From assembly GCF_006345805.1 (NCBI RefSeq), contig NC_042997.1, positions 191,332,001 through 191,396,000 of the forward strand: a DNA stretch of 64,000 nt. The letters run 5' to 3'. Made by a program: the position numbers and the translations under genes. Position 1 is the stretch's first letter, and the number at the start of each line of letters is the position of its first letter. This stretch comes from Octopus sinensis (Eukaryota). Shown here piece by piece: positions 49,911 through 62,172 of this stretch. A model generated the notes under the pieces. That model had not been told where the DNA came from, ran no database searches, and saw only the letters and a list, made by a program, of their open reading frames with translations.

Positions 49911-50224
49911 AGAATACATACACACACATACATACACACACATACATACATACATACATACATACATACATACATACATACACACATACATATGTATCCT
50001 AGGTATACAACTATATTCATAAGAATGCATACATAAAATAAGACATACAAATCTGCACATATACATACATACAAAAGTACCCTGTTGATGTCGAAATTCC
50101 AATGAAGGAGCCTTGGATCTAGCTTAGAAACTGGCTCTTTCTCTGGTGGTAAGAAATCTTGCAATTAAACTGAACAATGACATACATACATACATACATA
50201 AAGTGTAGGTGGAATACAAGTGGG

Positions 50225-50629
50225 TATATATTATTTATAAAAAAGAAGCTTGAAAACATCACTATATAAGATAAATTTTAATTTTCTGTGAGATTTTACA
50301 CTTTTTGGTTCTTCTTGAAAAAACGAACCTTATCAAAAATATATATTTTTAAAAGTTAAGTCTAATAAAAAAGTTCATAATTGTTTCTCACTAGTCTCAA
50401 CAGAATCCACATGGTAGTGTTTTGTGTGTGGGAACATAATGGCTGTCTTGTGTGTTGACTAGAATCGTTGGCTATGAACTTTTTTATTACACTTAACTTT
50501 GAAAAATATATATTTTTGATAAGGTTCGTTTTTGCAAGAAGAACCGAAACATGTAAAATCTCTGAGAAAATTAGAATTTATCTTATATAGTGGCGTTTTC
50601 AAACTTCTTTTTTTTATAAATAATATATA
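50225..50629. mobile_element. Foldback/MITE with ~155-bp TIRs
   Basis: 50225-50379 is the reverse complement of 50473-50629; TA context. Confidence 0.8.
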
Positions 50630-50686
50630 TATATATACACACACATATATACATACATAAATACATACATATGGTTGTTAAATAAT

Positions 50687-50715
<29 letters not shown>

Positions 50716-50717
<2 letters not shown>

Positions 50718-51672
50718 CATGTGTATTACCATCATCATCATCATCATTATTTAATTTAATGCCCTTACTCCATGTAGGTTGGACAGTTCAACAGGGGCTG
50801 GTGAGCCAGGCTCCAGTGTCTGCTTTGGCATAGCTTTTATGGACGGATTCCCTTTCTAATGCCAACCATTTTACAAATTGCACTTTTTACATGGCACCTA
50901 TACTAGAAAGGTCACCAAGTAACTTGCACCAAAAGAACCCTCAAATGAAGAGGTGGCTTTGTGTCAAATGAGGAGAGGCTAAGATAGGATTTTTTAACAG
51001 GAAAATTTCCAAGCAAAGCAATACACAATACCTCCATTATTTTGAAATCTAATACATCTATTATAAAACGTTCTTGTTCTTTATTCTTATAACCAATATA
51101 AGTGTACGTCTATAAAGTAATGCTTATTATTATTGTTTAATTTTTAAGTATTCTTTATACAGTTAAAAAAACTCTTAACCATTATGTCATAATGTTTCAC
51201 TTTCTGACAGTTTAAAATGTAGTTGTTTCAAGTTATCAAAGATGTAAATGTAATCCCAAATACAAACATGTTATTTTAGTTTAATGCTGCTTCAGTTGCA
51301 TAAACAAGGTTTTGCTCAGCCTGGCAGCTATTCGCAAAATTAGTGGAAGTGTTTATCAACTGTTTCCTGTATTTTGCCTGGTCTGTATCATACATATATC
51401 ACTTTCATGTCATGCGATCTGTCCTAATTATCAACCATTTGGTTTGCAGCAATATTGTGCCATATCATCAATTTAATTGAATATTCTATGACCTAGGTGC
51501 AGTAGTGGCTGTGAGGTAAGTAGCTTGCTTACCAACCATATGGTCCTGGGTTCAGTCCCACTGCGTGGCACCGTGGGCAAGTATCTTCTACAATAGTCCC
51601 AGGCCGACCAAAGCCTTGTGAGTGGATTTGGTAGACAAAAACTGAAAGAAGCCTGTCGTATATATGTATGTG

Positions 51673-51729
<57 letters not shown>

Positions 51730-52681
51730 GTGCATGTGTATTACCATCATCATCATCATCATTATTTAATTTAATGCCCTTACTCCATGTAGGTTGGACA
51801 GTTCAACAGGGGCTGGTGAGCCAGGCTCCAGTGTCTGCTTTGGCATAGCTTTTATGGACGGATTCCCTTTCTAATGCCAACCATTTTACAAATTGCACTT
51901 TTTACATGGCACCTATACTAGAAAGGTCACCAAGTAACTTGCACCAAAAGAACCCTCAAATGAAGAGGTGGCTTTGTGTCAAATGAGGAGAGGCTAAGAT
52001 AGGATTTTTTAACAGGAAAATTTCCAAGCAAAGCAATACACAATACCTCCATTATTTTGAAATCTAATACATCTATTATAAAACGTTCTTGTTCTTTATT
52101 CTTATAACCAATATAAGTGTACGTCTATAAAGTAATGCTTATTATTATTGTTTAATTTTTAAGTATTCTTTATACAGTTAAAAAAACTCTTAACCATTAT
52201 GTCATAATGTTTCACTTTCTGACAGTTTAAAATGTAGTTGTTTCAAGTTATCAAAGATGTAAATGTAATCCCAAATACAAACATGTTATTTTAGTTTAAT
52301 GCTGCTTCAGTTGCATAAACAAGGTTTTGCTCAGCCTGGCAGCTATTCGCAAAATTAGTGGAAGTGTTTATCAACTGTTTCCTGTATTTTGCCTGGTCTG
52401 TATCATACATATATCACTTTCATGTCATGCGATCTGTCCTAATTATCAACCATTTGGTTTGCAGCAATATTGTGCCATATCATCAATTTAATTGAATATT
52501 CTATGACCTAGGTGCAGTAGTGGCTGTGAGGTAAGTAGCTTGCTTACCAACCATATGGTCCTGGGTTCAGTCCCACTGCGTGGCACCGTGGGCAAGTATC
52601 TTCTACAATAGTCCCAGGCCGACCAAAGCCTTGTGAGTGGATTTGGTAGACAAAAACTGAAAGAAGCCTGTCGTATATATG

Positions 52682-52740
<59 letters not shown>
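50716..52740. repeat. Apparently identical 1015-bp tandem duplication
   Basis: tgcatgtgtattacc at 50716/51731 and gaagcctgtcg at 51648/52663; junctions lie in (TG)n tracts; the family A SINE is complete only in copy 2 (to ~52950). Confidence 0.9.
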
Positions 52741-52742
<2 letters not shown>

Positions 52743-53139
52743 ACATGTTTGTGTGTCTGTGTTTGTACCCCCAACATCGCTTGACAACAGATGGTGGTGT
52801 GTTTACATCCCTGTAACTTAGTGGTTTGGCAAAAGATACTGATAGAATAAGTACTAGGCTTCCAATGAATAAGTCCTGGAGTTGATTTGCTCGACTAAAG
52901 GTGGTGCTCCAGAACAGCCACAGTCAAATGACTGGAACAAGTAAAGAGAGAGTATTCCCAAGCTTTTCTCAGTTTTAAGTTGAAAGCCCACCAAGAACAA
53001 TTGCAGAGGTTGAGAGAATCACTGGATGACACAAATCCTCACTTCTCACCAAAAGTAGACCAGTGTGCATTCTATCATAGCAGAAATACCATCAAGTTTT
53101 CTGTTGCTGAAATTTAGTCGGGAATGATAAAAATAATGA

Positions 53140-53890
53140 AATTATTGTGTGTAGTGCTCAGGCGCACTACAACTCATCAAAAGTGCATGTACAGTACATA
53201 GAATTATGTACAGAAGTCAGGAAAGTGAACAGTGTATGAGTCAACTCATCAAAAGTGCATGTACAGTACATAGAATTATGTACAGAAGTCAGGAAAGTGA
53301 ACAGTGTATGAGTCATGATATACATGTATAGAGTCGGGGTTATCAGGTATAGTGTTGGTGAATTTCAGGAAGCATGAAGGTTTTAAAGAATGCAATGTCT
53401 CGGCAGCTAATAACTTATTTCTTTATTGCCCACAAACAAGGACAGACAAAGGGATTAAGTCGATTACATTGACCCCAGTGTGCAACTGGTACTTAATTTA
53501 TCGACCCTGAAAGGATGAAAGGTAAAGTCGACCTCAGCGGAATTTGAACTCAGAACGTAACAGCAGACAAAATACCAATAAGCATTTCGCCCAGCGTGCT
53601 AACATTTCTGCCAGCATTCCATGCTCCAGCAACTCTGAGTATGAAAAAAAAATGTTTCCGAAAGTCATGGGAGCTGACCTGTTTTCTGATTTTGTAGGCA
53701 TGCCCATGTGTGTTAGACACATGAAGCTCAAAAATGTGCTCAAGGTGATTGTTGGTGCGATGGTTAATGATTTTATGGGTGTTTACTAAGTCAGTTGCCA
53801 AACGTCAAGAGCTTCAATGTGTCTATACCCAGGGAAGCAAGGCATTCAGAGTATGGTAGATGCCTGATGGAAGGTATTTGCTCGGTTGCA
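53140..53890 (-). mobile_element. CR1 3' end interrupted by a family B SINE (53415-53615), with a 72-bp duplication in its 3' UTR
   Basis: ATDLVNTHK..RGHAYKIRKQ..SHDFRKHFF; 53170-53241 repeated at 53242-53313. Confidence 0.85.
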
Positions 53891-54069
53891 CATCAGGACT
53901 TCTTGCATAATGATGAACCAACCTTTTTTGGCTTCTTGGTCCTTACCAATCATTTTTTATGACTATTGTTTACACTAAAGCTCAATTCTAATCTCTTGTG
54001 TCACAACCAGTATTCATTAGAAATTTATATAAACATGTTCAATAAATCTTAGAATAAAAAAAATACTCT

Positions 54070-54240
54070 TATAGGTGCAGAAGTGGCTGTGTGGTAAGAA
54101 GCTTGCTTCCCAAACCACATGGTTCTGGGTTCAGTCCCACTGCATGGCATCTTGAGCAAGTGTCTTCTCTGTAGCCTTGGGCCAACAAAAGCCTTGTGAG
54201 TGGATTTGGTAGACAGAAACAGAAAGAAGCCCATCATATA
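54070..54240 (+). mobile_element. SINE family A, 5' half
   Basis: taggtgcagaagtggctgtgtggtaag head. Confidence 0.8.
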
Positions 54241-54868
54241 CATACATACATACATATATATATATCTTCTTTTTCTTCTTCTTTCCTACCAAGAATTCAC
54301 AATGACCTCAAATCCACAAGAGTAAACAAGAGAGACAGAAACAGGCAGAAACAAAGAAAATTCCACTTGTATTTGAACACTATGCAAATATTCTTTTAAA
54401 AAACTTTTCTTTTAATTTTTCCAAAATTTAATTTTCAATACTTACAGTTGAAAATGTCTCAATGACTGAAACCGGTAATGAAATGTTTTTTACAAAATTA
54501 TTTTAGCATTTTCTACCTTGACTTTTTTCCCATATGTGTGTGTATGTGTGTGTGTGTGTGTGTGTGTATTTGTGTGTCTGTGTTTGTCACCCCACCATCA
54601 CTTGACAACCGATGTTGGTGTGTTTACATATATGATGTATAAAAACATGTAGCATACTAATAAATATCTGTAAATATAAAACCATCCAGATTTCTGAGTA
54701 CCTCATTTCTTCTAATATATAATACCTGTACGTCATCTCCAAACTTTCTAATATATATATATATATATGAATTTAAAATAATAAGGGTGAAAAATTGAAT
54801 ATTAATTTGATTAAACCAGTGGTCTAGCATATTAAAATCTGAAGATACAGAAAAATTATATTACATAC

Positions 54869-55070
54869 ATATAAGAGGGATGACCACTACGTGGACAGAC
54901 ATATGCTAGAAGTAGATGTGGTATGGTCTTACCACTAAGAAAGGAATGTTCTCAAGAAAATTTTAACGTTTGCTGAAATTTTCTTGAGAACATTCCTTTC
55001 TTAGTGGTAAGACCATAGCGGATCTACTTCTAGCATATGGATGTCCACGTAGTGGTCATCCTTCTTATAT
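54869..55070. repeat. ~200-bp palindrome (95-bp arms, 12-bp spacer)
   Basis: ataagagggatgaccactacgtgg...gaaaattt / taacgtttgctg / aaattttc...gtggtcatccttcttat; about 6 mismatches. Confidence 0.9.
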
Positions 55071-55073
55071 ATG

Positions 55074-55104
<31 letters not shown>

Positions 55105-55144
55105 TATATATATATAAAACGGACCCCAGGTTGGGAACCACTGA

Positions 55145-55145
55145 T

Positions 55146-55213
<68 letters not shown>

Positions 55214-55226
55214 GTAGATAGATAGG

Positions 55227-55282
<56 letters not shown>
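55145..55282. repeat. (GATA)n microsatellite
   Basis: Direct reading. Confidence 0.95.
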
Positions 55283-55283
<1 letters not shown>

Positions 55284-55399
55284 CCGGTTCGAAGATGTAT
55301 GTATGTATGTATGTGGACGTGTACGAACATGTGACACTAACGAGTTAAAACAGTACAAGTTAACTATTTCGCGTTAACACCGCATTTCGGCAAACTCTT

Positions 55400-55431
55400 G
55401 TTGCTAGGACAACTAAAGAATCTCAGCCAAT
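55400..55431. promoter_or_regulatory. RFX X-box-like motif plus CCAAT box in a CpG-rich patch
   Basis: GTTGCTAGGACAAC at 55400-55413; AGCCAATGA at 55425-55433; donor CG|GTAAGT at 55543. Confidence 0.35.
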
Positions 55432-56244
55432 GAAATCATTTGTTTTTGAATCGACCACTATTTTAAACTAAACGTAATATTATGAATCTTTGCTGACGAT
55501 TAATTTTTTAAAAACTTTACTTAATTTCAGTTAATTACAACGGTAAGTAGATTTAATTTGATAGTTAAGTGAACCTTCGGTAACTTGACCCGTTCTTTGT
55601 ATATTATATACTCTGAAGAATTGTCTATACTTCAGTGTTATATATTCTGCAATAAATTTTAGCTTGTGTGGGCATGTCTACCAATTCTCTATACCCATTT
55701 GTTGGGTTGTTTTCTTACCCCAGCTCTGACCTGACAAGGTAGGCATATGTTTAAAAGCATTCCAGCCATGACCAGAACGTCTCTGGAGCATTAAATATTC
55801 CGTTATCCAATGTGTGCTTTCGTTTATAAGACAGTGTTGTATGGTTTGTATAAAATTTGGCTACCGTTTCTAATCTGCTGACGACCACCCGGAGACTACC
55901 TCGCTGCCTTGAGAAATGTATTCGTCTGTGACACCTTTTATCCAAACATAACATGACTACAATTTATTAGTTGTTACTGTATGTTTGTAATGATATAGTC
56001 TGGCTGGAGAGACTCTACTCATTGCGTTTGCAACCCCTCCTTGACAATTAAAACCACTGCCCTTAATGTTATATTTTCTTAAAGTACATGTCATCTTTCG
56101 TTACGAAAGACGGCCAAAATACAAGTTGACGACTTAAAAAAAAACATGGACAGTGAAGAAATTTCAAAGGCAAAGCTGATGTTATTGAAAGTGGGAAGAT
56201 TTGAAATAGTATTTAACGCAATGCCGAGGAGGGTAGGCAAGATA

Positions 56245-56903
56245 GGTACTACTTAAGAAGAGTGGTCCCGGTGCGTGCACTCGCGCTAGCTAGTCGATCC
56301 ATACTTTGTTTTTGTGTTGTATTTTGTTTAAAAAAATTATTTACTTTGTTTTAAAAAAGTTACTTACTTTGTGTAAAAAAAATTGGTAAAATTACAGATT
56401 AACACCCGCACGATTTTCCCTAAGAAAAAAAAAACTCGGATTTTTTGCGTGGAATCAAGTACCCTGACCTCCTAATATGCTGGAAATCCCATATTTTGGT
56501 TCGGAATTGGTCGGGAGCCCCCCCCCCCCCCGGAATTTTCACACAAAAAAGAACTCTGATTTTTTGCGTGGAATCAAGTACTGTGACCTCGTAATATGCT
56601 GTAAATCCCATATTTGGGTTCGGAAGGGTGGGGGGGGGCAGCCCCCTCCCCCACCCTTCCGAACCGAAATATGGGATTTACAGCATATTACGAGGTCACA
56701 GTACTTGATTCCACGCAAAAAATCAGAGTTCTTTTTTTTTTAGTGAAAATCGTGCGGGTGTTAATCTGTAATTTTACCAAAAAAGGTATTTATTTTGTGT
56801 TTTATTTACTTTGCTAGGTAGTCGTTGTAGGAGTGACTACTCACGACTAGCTAGCGCGAGTACGTGAGTGTGCGCACCGGGACCACTCTTCTTAAGTAAT
56901 ACC
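56245..56903. mobile_element. Non-autonomous Mutator/foldback-like element with a decayed 9-bp TSD
   Basis: TIR ggta(c/t)tacttaagaagagtggtcccggtgcg; flanks ggcaagata / agcaggata (7 of 9 match); internal module present twice direct and once inverted. Confidence 0.75.
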
Positions 56904-57425
56904 AGCAGGATATAGGTGACAGAATAGAGGAAGAAGAGTAAGTTAGGCCTGATTAGCGGTCGCCCTAGACCAGCCATCTCTGATGAGCAGTGGTCTCTGT
57001 GGTGGCCGAGAAAGAAGACAACACATCTGTGGGCCAGAGAATTCGATTGTTTTGGTCAGCTATTTCATACCATTCAGTAGGGTGGCTGTTCGTATGGTTA
57101 ACAGCTGCATCGCCCCAGATGTGGGACCAGTATTTCATTCTAGATTTTATTTCAGCTTTGCAGAAAGTTATCAGCTGTTAGCCGAAATATTTTCTGGTCC
57201 TGACGGGGAAAAGCAGTCTTTGTGATAGTTTTATGTTGAAGATGTGATTCCGAAGCCTTCTGTTTGCAGCGACTTAGAAAGTTTTAGTATTGTAACAACT
57301 AGTGGTGAGTAGTATACGAGAATGTTTCCTTGATATGTGCTGTTAAAGAAACATGATAAGCTTGACCCATTGAAGAATGTTTCCAAGGTCTCTGAGCATG
57401 GAAGCAATGCAGATATGACGTGAGG

Positions 57426-58057
57426 GGATCTTTTCCTTTTGAACGGCAGACAATTTCTAGTTAACTAAACACTTTGAAACCTCGTATACTGGTAGAATGT
57501 GTCAAAATAAAACATTTTTTTCTCTTGGCTTTCTTGAGAAAATTGTAATTTGTTTGTTTAACGTAGTTTAATTTTTCGAATTCTAACCAATCCTATGCTC
57601 TCTTTTGAGCTAAAATCATTTGCTGCGTCTAAAACTGAGACAACATCCTGTAACTAACCCTAAACCTCCCCCTAACCCTAACCCTAAATTTATTTTTTTA
57701 ATTGTTAAATTAATTTAATTGTTACGCGTGTAAAAAAAACTAAAGCAATGGAAAATAATTTAAACAATTAACAAACAAAAAAAAATTAGGGTTAGCAGGA
57801 GGTTTAGGGTTAGTTACAGGATGTTGTCTCAGTTTTAGACACAGCAAATGATTTCAGTTAAATGGAGGTAATCGATTGGTTAAAATTGCCGAAATGCTCG
57901 GATTTTCAGACGAAATATCTTACAAACTATAGAATTTTCTCGATAAAACCAAGAGAAAATGATGTTTTATAAACACATTCTACCAGTATACGAAGTTTAA
58001 AAGTGTTTAGTTACCTAGAAATTATGTTACAAACTGCCGTTCAAAAGGAAAAGATCC
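57426..58057. mobile_element. Long-TIR non-autonomous DNA transposon (Mutator-like) with a 9-bp TSD
   Basis: ggatcttttccttttgaacggcag / ctgccgttcaaaaggaaaagatcc; TSD gacgtgagg at 57417-57425 and 58058-58066; inner (ctaacc)n. Confidence 0.85.
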
Positions 58058-58299
58058 GACGTGAGGTGCCTCGGTTCATGGCGAATTAAGCGTGTGTGTT
58101 GAAAGAGAGTCGTGAAAGGTCTTATTTGCATAGCATGTTGACAGTTTTCCACAGCCTCTTGTAATTCAAATAATATATTTTCCGGCCAAAATGTACGTTT
58201 CCACCCCAAGTTACGAAGTTCCAAAGAAGACCTCTAAGTGCTTGTCTAATATGCCAGAAAAGGCAACTAACCCCTGCAAGAATACATGTAAAATGGTGC

Positions 58300-58485
58300 C
58301 ACTAATGCTGCCGTTACGTTCTTAGTTTAAATTCCGCCGAGGTCAACTTTGCCTTTCATCCTTTTGGGGTCGATTAAATAAGTACCAGTTACGCACTGAG
58401 GTCGATGTAACCGATTTAATCCCTTTGTTCGTCCTTGTTTGACCCCTCTGTGTGTAGCCCCCTTGTGGGCAATAAAGAAATAAAT
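58300..58485 (+). mobile_element. SINE family B, headless
   Basis: gccgttacgttc..gcctttcatccttttggggtcga..gtgggcaataaagaaata. Confidence 0.75.
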
Positions 58486-58611
58486 ATATCATTATTGTTT
58501 AACGTCTGTCTTCTGGCATAGGCTGTATGGTTTGACAGGATCCAACGAACTAAAGAACTGTTTTAAACTCCAATGTCTGTTTTGGCATGTTTTCTATTGC
58601 TGGTGGGCAGG

Positions 58612-58902
58612 TATATACAAATCCACATTTTTTCAGTTAGAGGGCTCGCACTTTCTATGGTCATTCAAAACCGTCCAAGAGTGGTCGTGCACATCTTTAC
58701 ATTTCCCCAGTCACCCCATAGAGCCATTAAAAAATCAATAGAAGTGACTTTTTTGTGAATTTTCTATCCAAAACCCAATCAAAATGCCCGGAAGTTGATA
58801 CGCCAATAGCTGTTTGTGATTGGTCGGAGATTTGGACTGTACTTGCGTATGTGTGCACGCACGCAGCTGTATATGCGTGCAATGCCGGGTCATAGTGCTA
58901 GT
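58612..58902 (+). mobile_element. Partial copy of the 29.7-kb Helitron-like element
   Basis: Reverse complement of 29745-30040; ends gccgggtcatagtgctagt but lacks one arm of the palindrome. Confidence 0.7.
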
Positions 58903-59539
58903 CATATATATATATATATGTGTGTGGGTGTATTTCCGTCTTCCCACTTGCATCTTGACATTGTTTAAGCATTTACCATAAAACAATGTAACCATTTAGA
59001 TAGTGATGTCATTGTTTATGCCTACCATAAAAATACGTGTAGCTGGTAATTTGCTTGCTCATCATGTAAAAGACTAGGGAAATAGGTACTTTATTTGGAA
59101 ATATAGTGAATTAGTCACTACTTCTATGATCGATCCAGTGTAGCTATTGTGTAGCTCAAGTTACTTTGTAGCTTGTTGCTATAACACAATGGAGTGTCCA
59201 CAGTCTGGTTGAAGTGACGACGTCGGTGGTGGTAGCTTGTTGATAACTCTGTGCGTTCGTTCAATAGTAATTGGTATACAGAGACACACAGACGGTTATG
59301 TGCTATGTAAATGTCTTGTATAAGATTTCTGTAAAGAAGTAAGTTGCGTTTTATAGAGATGTCTATAGTGTGATAGCAGTGAATGAATGCATGAAGACAT
59401 TGGATGTACTTTGTGTATACAGAAAGAGACTCGATAGAAATGTTTCTAGAAAACATGAGAGGTAATGACATTGAGTTTGGTCAATACTGCTGGCACACAT
59501 GGATGAAGAATTGTTCTTGTGTGAGAAATGCCAGTGCAA

Positions 59540-59700
59540 ACGTGAACCATACTACAAGCCGGAAGCCCTTAGAGAAATGAAGTGAAGGAACTCAATTAAA
59601 CATGGCCACAGCCACATTTATGTAACTGACAAACGGACGTAGTAGAGGAAGCCTGTTTATTCAGCCAATCACAGACTGAATAGAGCTGTAAACTTACTGT
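59540..59700. promoter_or_regulatory. Possible promoter motifs (ETS-like CCGGAAG, CCAAT)
   Basis: ccggaag at 59559-59565; agccaatca at 59663-59671. Confidence 0.2.
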
Positions 59701-59839
59701 GTCATTTGAGTCTACTTTGAGATTAAAAATGTGTGTTAAACAAATGCTAGTACAGACATGCTACAGAAACAAAGACTAGTAATAAGAAGGTGCATCTGGC
59801 TATAGAAGAATGCCTCAATAAATTTTTGTCCATCCAATG

Positions 59840-60260
59840 CCAGAATGGCAGACACCCATAAAATTATTAACCCTCTTACAAACAATAACTCTGAGCACCT
59901 TTTCAAACTCCATCTGTCTAACACCCGTGGACATGTTTACAAAGTCAGAAAACAACACAGCTCCCATGACTTTCGGAAGCATTTTTTCACGCTAAGAGTT
60001 GCTGAAGCATGGAACAAACTGCCGGCATCAATTGTTAGTTGTCGGAGCACTGCATCCTTCAAAACTTCCATGCTTCCTGAGATTTGCCAACTCTACACCT
60101 GATTTTCTCCCCTCCATACACACGTAAGCATTTTATCTGACTCATACACTGTTCGCTTTCCACACATTTGTACATTACTGCATATGCTTTATACGCACTT
60201 TTGACAAGTTGTGGTGCACCTGAGCACTGTATACAATAATTTCATTATTATTATTATTAT
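59840..60260 (+). mobile_element. CR1 3' end with a longer 3' UTR and (ATT)n tail
   Basis: DTHKIIN..RGHVYKVRKQHSSHDFRKHFFTLRVAEAWNKLP; ends gtggtgcacctgagcactgtatac..(att)n. Confidence 0.9.
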
Positions 60261-60784
60261 GGAAAAAGAGAATTTTAAAATGATTACATTCATATATGTT
60301 TACTTGAGTAGAGCTAACCAGTGCTACTCAAGTACAGCTAAGGAGTGGGAGTGTGACTTATCAGCTAGATCAGTGAGTGATGGAAAAGTAAAAGTTATAG
60401 CCAGGTTTCAACTCAGGATTATGCAGTCTGTGGTATATTCATCATCATCATTTACTGTCCATTTTTCCATGCTTGCATGGGTCAGAGAGAATTAGTCGAG
60501 CTAGATTTTCTACAGCCTGATACCCTTCCTGCCACCAACCCCCACCTGTTTCCGAGCAAGGGGATATTGCCAAGGCCAGACATGACTTTTACTGGACACA
60601 AACATCATAACTTGTATAACAAAGATGCTAATTTACCACCATCACAAGATGCCAAGACAAGGATACATATAAACACACACACATATATACGATGGCTTCT
60701 GTCTATCATATCCACTCACAATTATTTCCTTTTAATATTTCAGATTTTACAGAAATAATGTCGAGCCAAGCCATTACTGACAAA

Positions 60785-60955
60785 GGTATGTTCTGAGTTC
60801 AAATTCCGTCGAGGTCGACTTTGCCTTTCGTCCTTTCGGGGTCGATTGAATAAGTACCAGTTACGCACTAGGGTCGATGTAATCGACTTAATCCGTTTGT
60901 CTGTCCTTGTTTGTCCCCTCTGTGTTTAGCCCCTTGTGGGTAGTAAAGAAAAAGG
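60785..60955 (+). mobile_element. SINE family B fragment
   Basis: gttctgagttcaaattccg..gtgggtagtaaagaa. Confidence 0.8.
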
Positions 60956-61131
60956 TAATAACATTATTTAGTATTGATATTCCGTATTTTTAAATATTCA
61001 CTGCCCTCTACTAACGTTAAATTTATAAGGGAACTTCTCATCTTTTTATATGTTCCTAGGACTACATTATCTTAAGTGTCCTTCCCATTTTATGACTGCA
61101 GGAGTGTCATTTGAATAAAACTTGTTTGCAT

Positions 61132-61520
61132 AGGTGCAAGTGTGGCTGTGTGGTAAGTAGCTTGCTTACCAACCACATGGTTCCAGGTTCAGTCCCACTG
61201 CGTGACACCTTGGGCAAATGTCTTCTACTATGGCTTTGGGCCGACCAAAGCCTTGTGAGTGAATTTGGTAGACGGAAACTGAAAGAAGCCCGTCGTATAT
61301 ATGTATATGTATATATATATGTGTGTGTGTGTGTTTGTCTCCCTAACATCGCTTGACAACCGATGCTGGTGTGTTTACATCCCCGTAACTTAGCGGTTCG
61401 GCAAAAGAGACCGATAGAATAAGTACTAGGCTTACAAAGAATAAGTCATGTGGTCGATTTACTCGACTAAAGGCGGTGCTCCAGCATGGCCACAGTTAAA
61501 TGACTGAAACAAGTAAAGAG
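61132..61520 (+). mobile_element. SINE family A
   Basis: Full-length family match. Confidence 0.9.
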
Positions 61521-61784
61521 TATATCTTGTATACTGAGTGATCACATAATCTTTTTTGTTGTTTTGTTCTTTATATTGATTCTTTAGGTCCCTTTTATAA
61601 CTTCATCATTATTATTTCTGTCGTTAAACATCCAATTTTCCATGTTTGTATGGGTCAGACAGAATTTATTGGGGTATATTTTATATGGCTAGATGCCCTT
61701 CCTGTCGCTAACCCTCACCTGTATCTAAGTAATATTTCCACATGGCGAGACATATTTCTAGTGATCTGCTTTTCTTGAGGAGAC

Positions 61785-62172
61785 TTATTGAGTTAAATAC
61801 GTCAACACCAACATCAAAATAAAAATCAAATGAAAATTGTAGTTAAGGTACCAGTGCTGGTGACACGTAAAAAGCACCGTCCGAACATGGAAGATGCCAG
61901 CGCCGCCTGACTGGCATCCGTGTCGGTGACATGTAAAAGCACCAACCAATCGTGGCCGTTTGCCAGCCTCCTCTGGCCCCTGTGCTGGTGGCACGTAAAA
62001 AGCACCCTCTACACTCAAGGAGTGGTTGGCGTTAGGAAGGACATCCAGCTGTAGAAGCACTGCCAGATCAGATTGGAGCCTGGTGCGGCCTCCCGGCTTC
62101 CCAGACCCCGGTCGAACCGTCCAATCCATGCTAGCATGGAAAACGGACGTTAAACCATGATGATGATGATTG
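61785..62172 (+). mobile_element. RTE 3' UTR
   Basis: Conserved blocks and (GAT)n tail. Confidence 0.85.

Noticed and set aside
54448-54480. TTGAAAA-TGTC-TCAAT-GACT-GAAAC-CG-GTA hammerhead relic
   Set aside because: Two core substitutions and no helix I, so it is not called as a feature and is mentioned only as a weak relic.
55716-55745. 15-nt microexon candidate
   Set aside because: The apparent acceptor is the antisense of a SINE-like tail.
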